Source: an uncultured delta proteobacterium (GTDB lineage: Bacteria > Desulfobacterota > Binatia > UBA9968). From it: a stretch of DNA of 64,000 nt. Both the position numbers and the translations under genes were made by a program. Below the pieces are notes generated by a model. That model was not told the origin of the DNA. It ran no database searches and was given only the letters and a program-made list of their open reading frames with translations. The stretch covers positions 1 to 64,000 of the forward strand of contig CAWJBB010000069.1 in the NCBI GenBank assembly GCA_963840855.1, written 5' to 3'. Of this stretch, positions 62,842 to 64,000 are shown piece after piece. The first letter of the stretch is position 1, and each line of letters begins with the position of its first letter.

Positions 62842-63007
62842 CGGAAACAGATGAAGCTCAGGTGCCAAGCCGGCAGTTGGCGCTCCTCTAACGAACGAGC
62901 CCATCGCAACACAGCGGCCTTCATGACGCAGACTGTCAGAAGCAGCGTTAGGAATGGATTGATGGAGAATTCAGTTCAATTAGGGGTCTGTTCTTGGGGA
63001 AAACATA

Positions 63008-63994
63008 TTAGCTTGCCGTGGCGGCTACAATAACACTTGCGCGATTTCCTAATGGCCTACGGTCGACTTGGCGCCAACCACTCGTTTGAAGCCAGTTACG
63101 AACTTCTTCCTCGCTATAAATATCGCCTTCTCCGGTTCGTAGTAGGAAGGCGCCAGCCATCAGCGCAGCGAACATCGGTTCTGTGTGAGTGGAATTAGTC
63201 CAAAAGTCGACGAGTAACAGCGTTGCATCATCTCGCACGTTTTGGCGGAGACGCCGAAGGAGTACAAGATTATGCTCCGGTAAAAGTAAATGCATCACGT
63301 TGGCGATAATGATAACGTCGTTATCCTGCGGAATTGGATCGGTAAAGAAATCGCCTTCCACTACGCTGATCCGATTCGCAATGGTTTGAGGTATCCGTCG
63401 CCGAGCAACAGCGGCAACTTGTGGGCGTTCAAACAAAATTGCTTCCAAATGGCTTGCCTGCCTTAACACCGCGCTGAGGAAGGAGCCCGTCCCTCCTCCG
63501 AGATCTAATACGCGATGATGAGAAGTAAAATCATACGTAGCAGCAAGCGCATTCGCAGCCTCCACTGTGAATGATTCTACCCCTTCTGAATAAATTCGTT
63601 GCTCTTCTTCTGTGAGTTTGAGATCCTTGAACACGGGCTTGCCCGTCCGGACTGCTTCTTCTAGTTTCATCCACATGGAATAATTCAGCCGGTCCAAGTA
63701 CCGCAAGAGTGGCCGCAAATCTTCGTTGCCACGGCCGCTCAAGAAACTGAGCGCCGCCGCGCTATTGTGGTATCGCCCGCCGTGATTTTCCACAAAGCCT
63801 AACGCAACCATGGCATCAGTCAGTATTCGCATCGTTCGACCTGGCATCCCGATGCGTTGCGTTAGTTCATCCAAGGTAGCCGGACTATCAGCCAGCTGCT
63901 CAAATATCCCTACCTCATTAGCGACGAATAGGAGTTTGGACGCCATGAATCCGCAGCCAACCTGAAATATCGTGTCGGGTTTTACGTCGTTCAT
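63008..63994 (-). CDS. Class I SAM-dependent O-methyltransferase with dimerisation domain
   Basis: GFMASKLL, VLDLGGGTG, GDFF and ANVMH motifs. Confidence 0.9.
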   Translation of the reverse strand: MNDVKPDTIFQVGCGFMASKLLFVANEVGIFEQLADSPATLDELTQRIGMPGRTMRILTDAMVALGFVENHGGRYHNSAAALSFLSGRGNEDLRPLLRYLDRLNYSMWMKLEEAVRTGKPVFKDLKLTEEEQRIYSEGVESFTVEAANALAATYDFTSHHRVLDLGGGTGSFLSAVLRQASHLEAILFERPQVAAVARRRIPQTIANRISVVEGDFFTDPIPQDNDVIIIANVMHLLLPEHNLVLLRRLRQNVRDDATLLLVDFWTNSTHTEPMFAALMAGAFLLRTGEGDIYSEEEVRNWLQTSGWRQVDRRPLGNRASVIVAATAS

Positions 63995-64000
63995 GGATCG

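Overview
A GC-rich bacterial window. The many orphan ABC solute-binding proteins and zinc-ribbon/cyclase/ATPase/TPR proteins suggest a Candidatus Binatia-like organism (inference only). Many genes, including argS, carry single-base frameshifts that look like uncorrected long-read indels. Main blocks: (1) 0-12 kb: SBPs, a DUF2235 hydrolase, GFA protein, argS, an AlkB-like dioxygenase, and an enolase-superfamily enzyme with tctCBA. (2) 12-32 kb: four class III cyclase-STAND ATPase-TPR genes, interleaved with a RelE/Phd toxin-antitoxin pair, an MBL-hydrolase-receiver fusion, a histidine kinase and deletion remnants; two cyclase starts are preceded by the same thyX-like 3' end. (3) 32-38 kb: an amidohydrolase, a TPP enzyme and a polA with a Tyr O-helix. 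(4) 38-44.6 kb: a sigma54-promoted minus-strand cluster (diiron protein, FAD oxidase, GNAT, OsmC-like, methyltransferase, DMT exporter, second ferritin-like protein). Its ArsM-like methyltransferase has an in-frame TGA at a conserved Cys position followed by a SECIS-like hairpin, so it is a probable selenoprotein that the ORF track truncates. This is the strongest finding. (5) 46-54 kb: small proteins under a second sigma54 promoter, and a di-heme cytochrome c / histidine kinase / NtrC-type regulator module. (6) 54-64 kb: tandem orphan SBPs punctuated by a 70-bp palindromic element, guaA and PLD remnants, a DAG-kinase-like gene with an apparent ATT start, a LysM protein and an O-methyltransferase. 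No rRNA, tRNA, CRISPR array, integrase or transposase was recognised.
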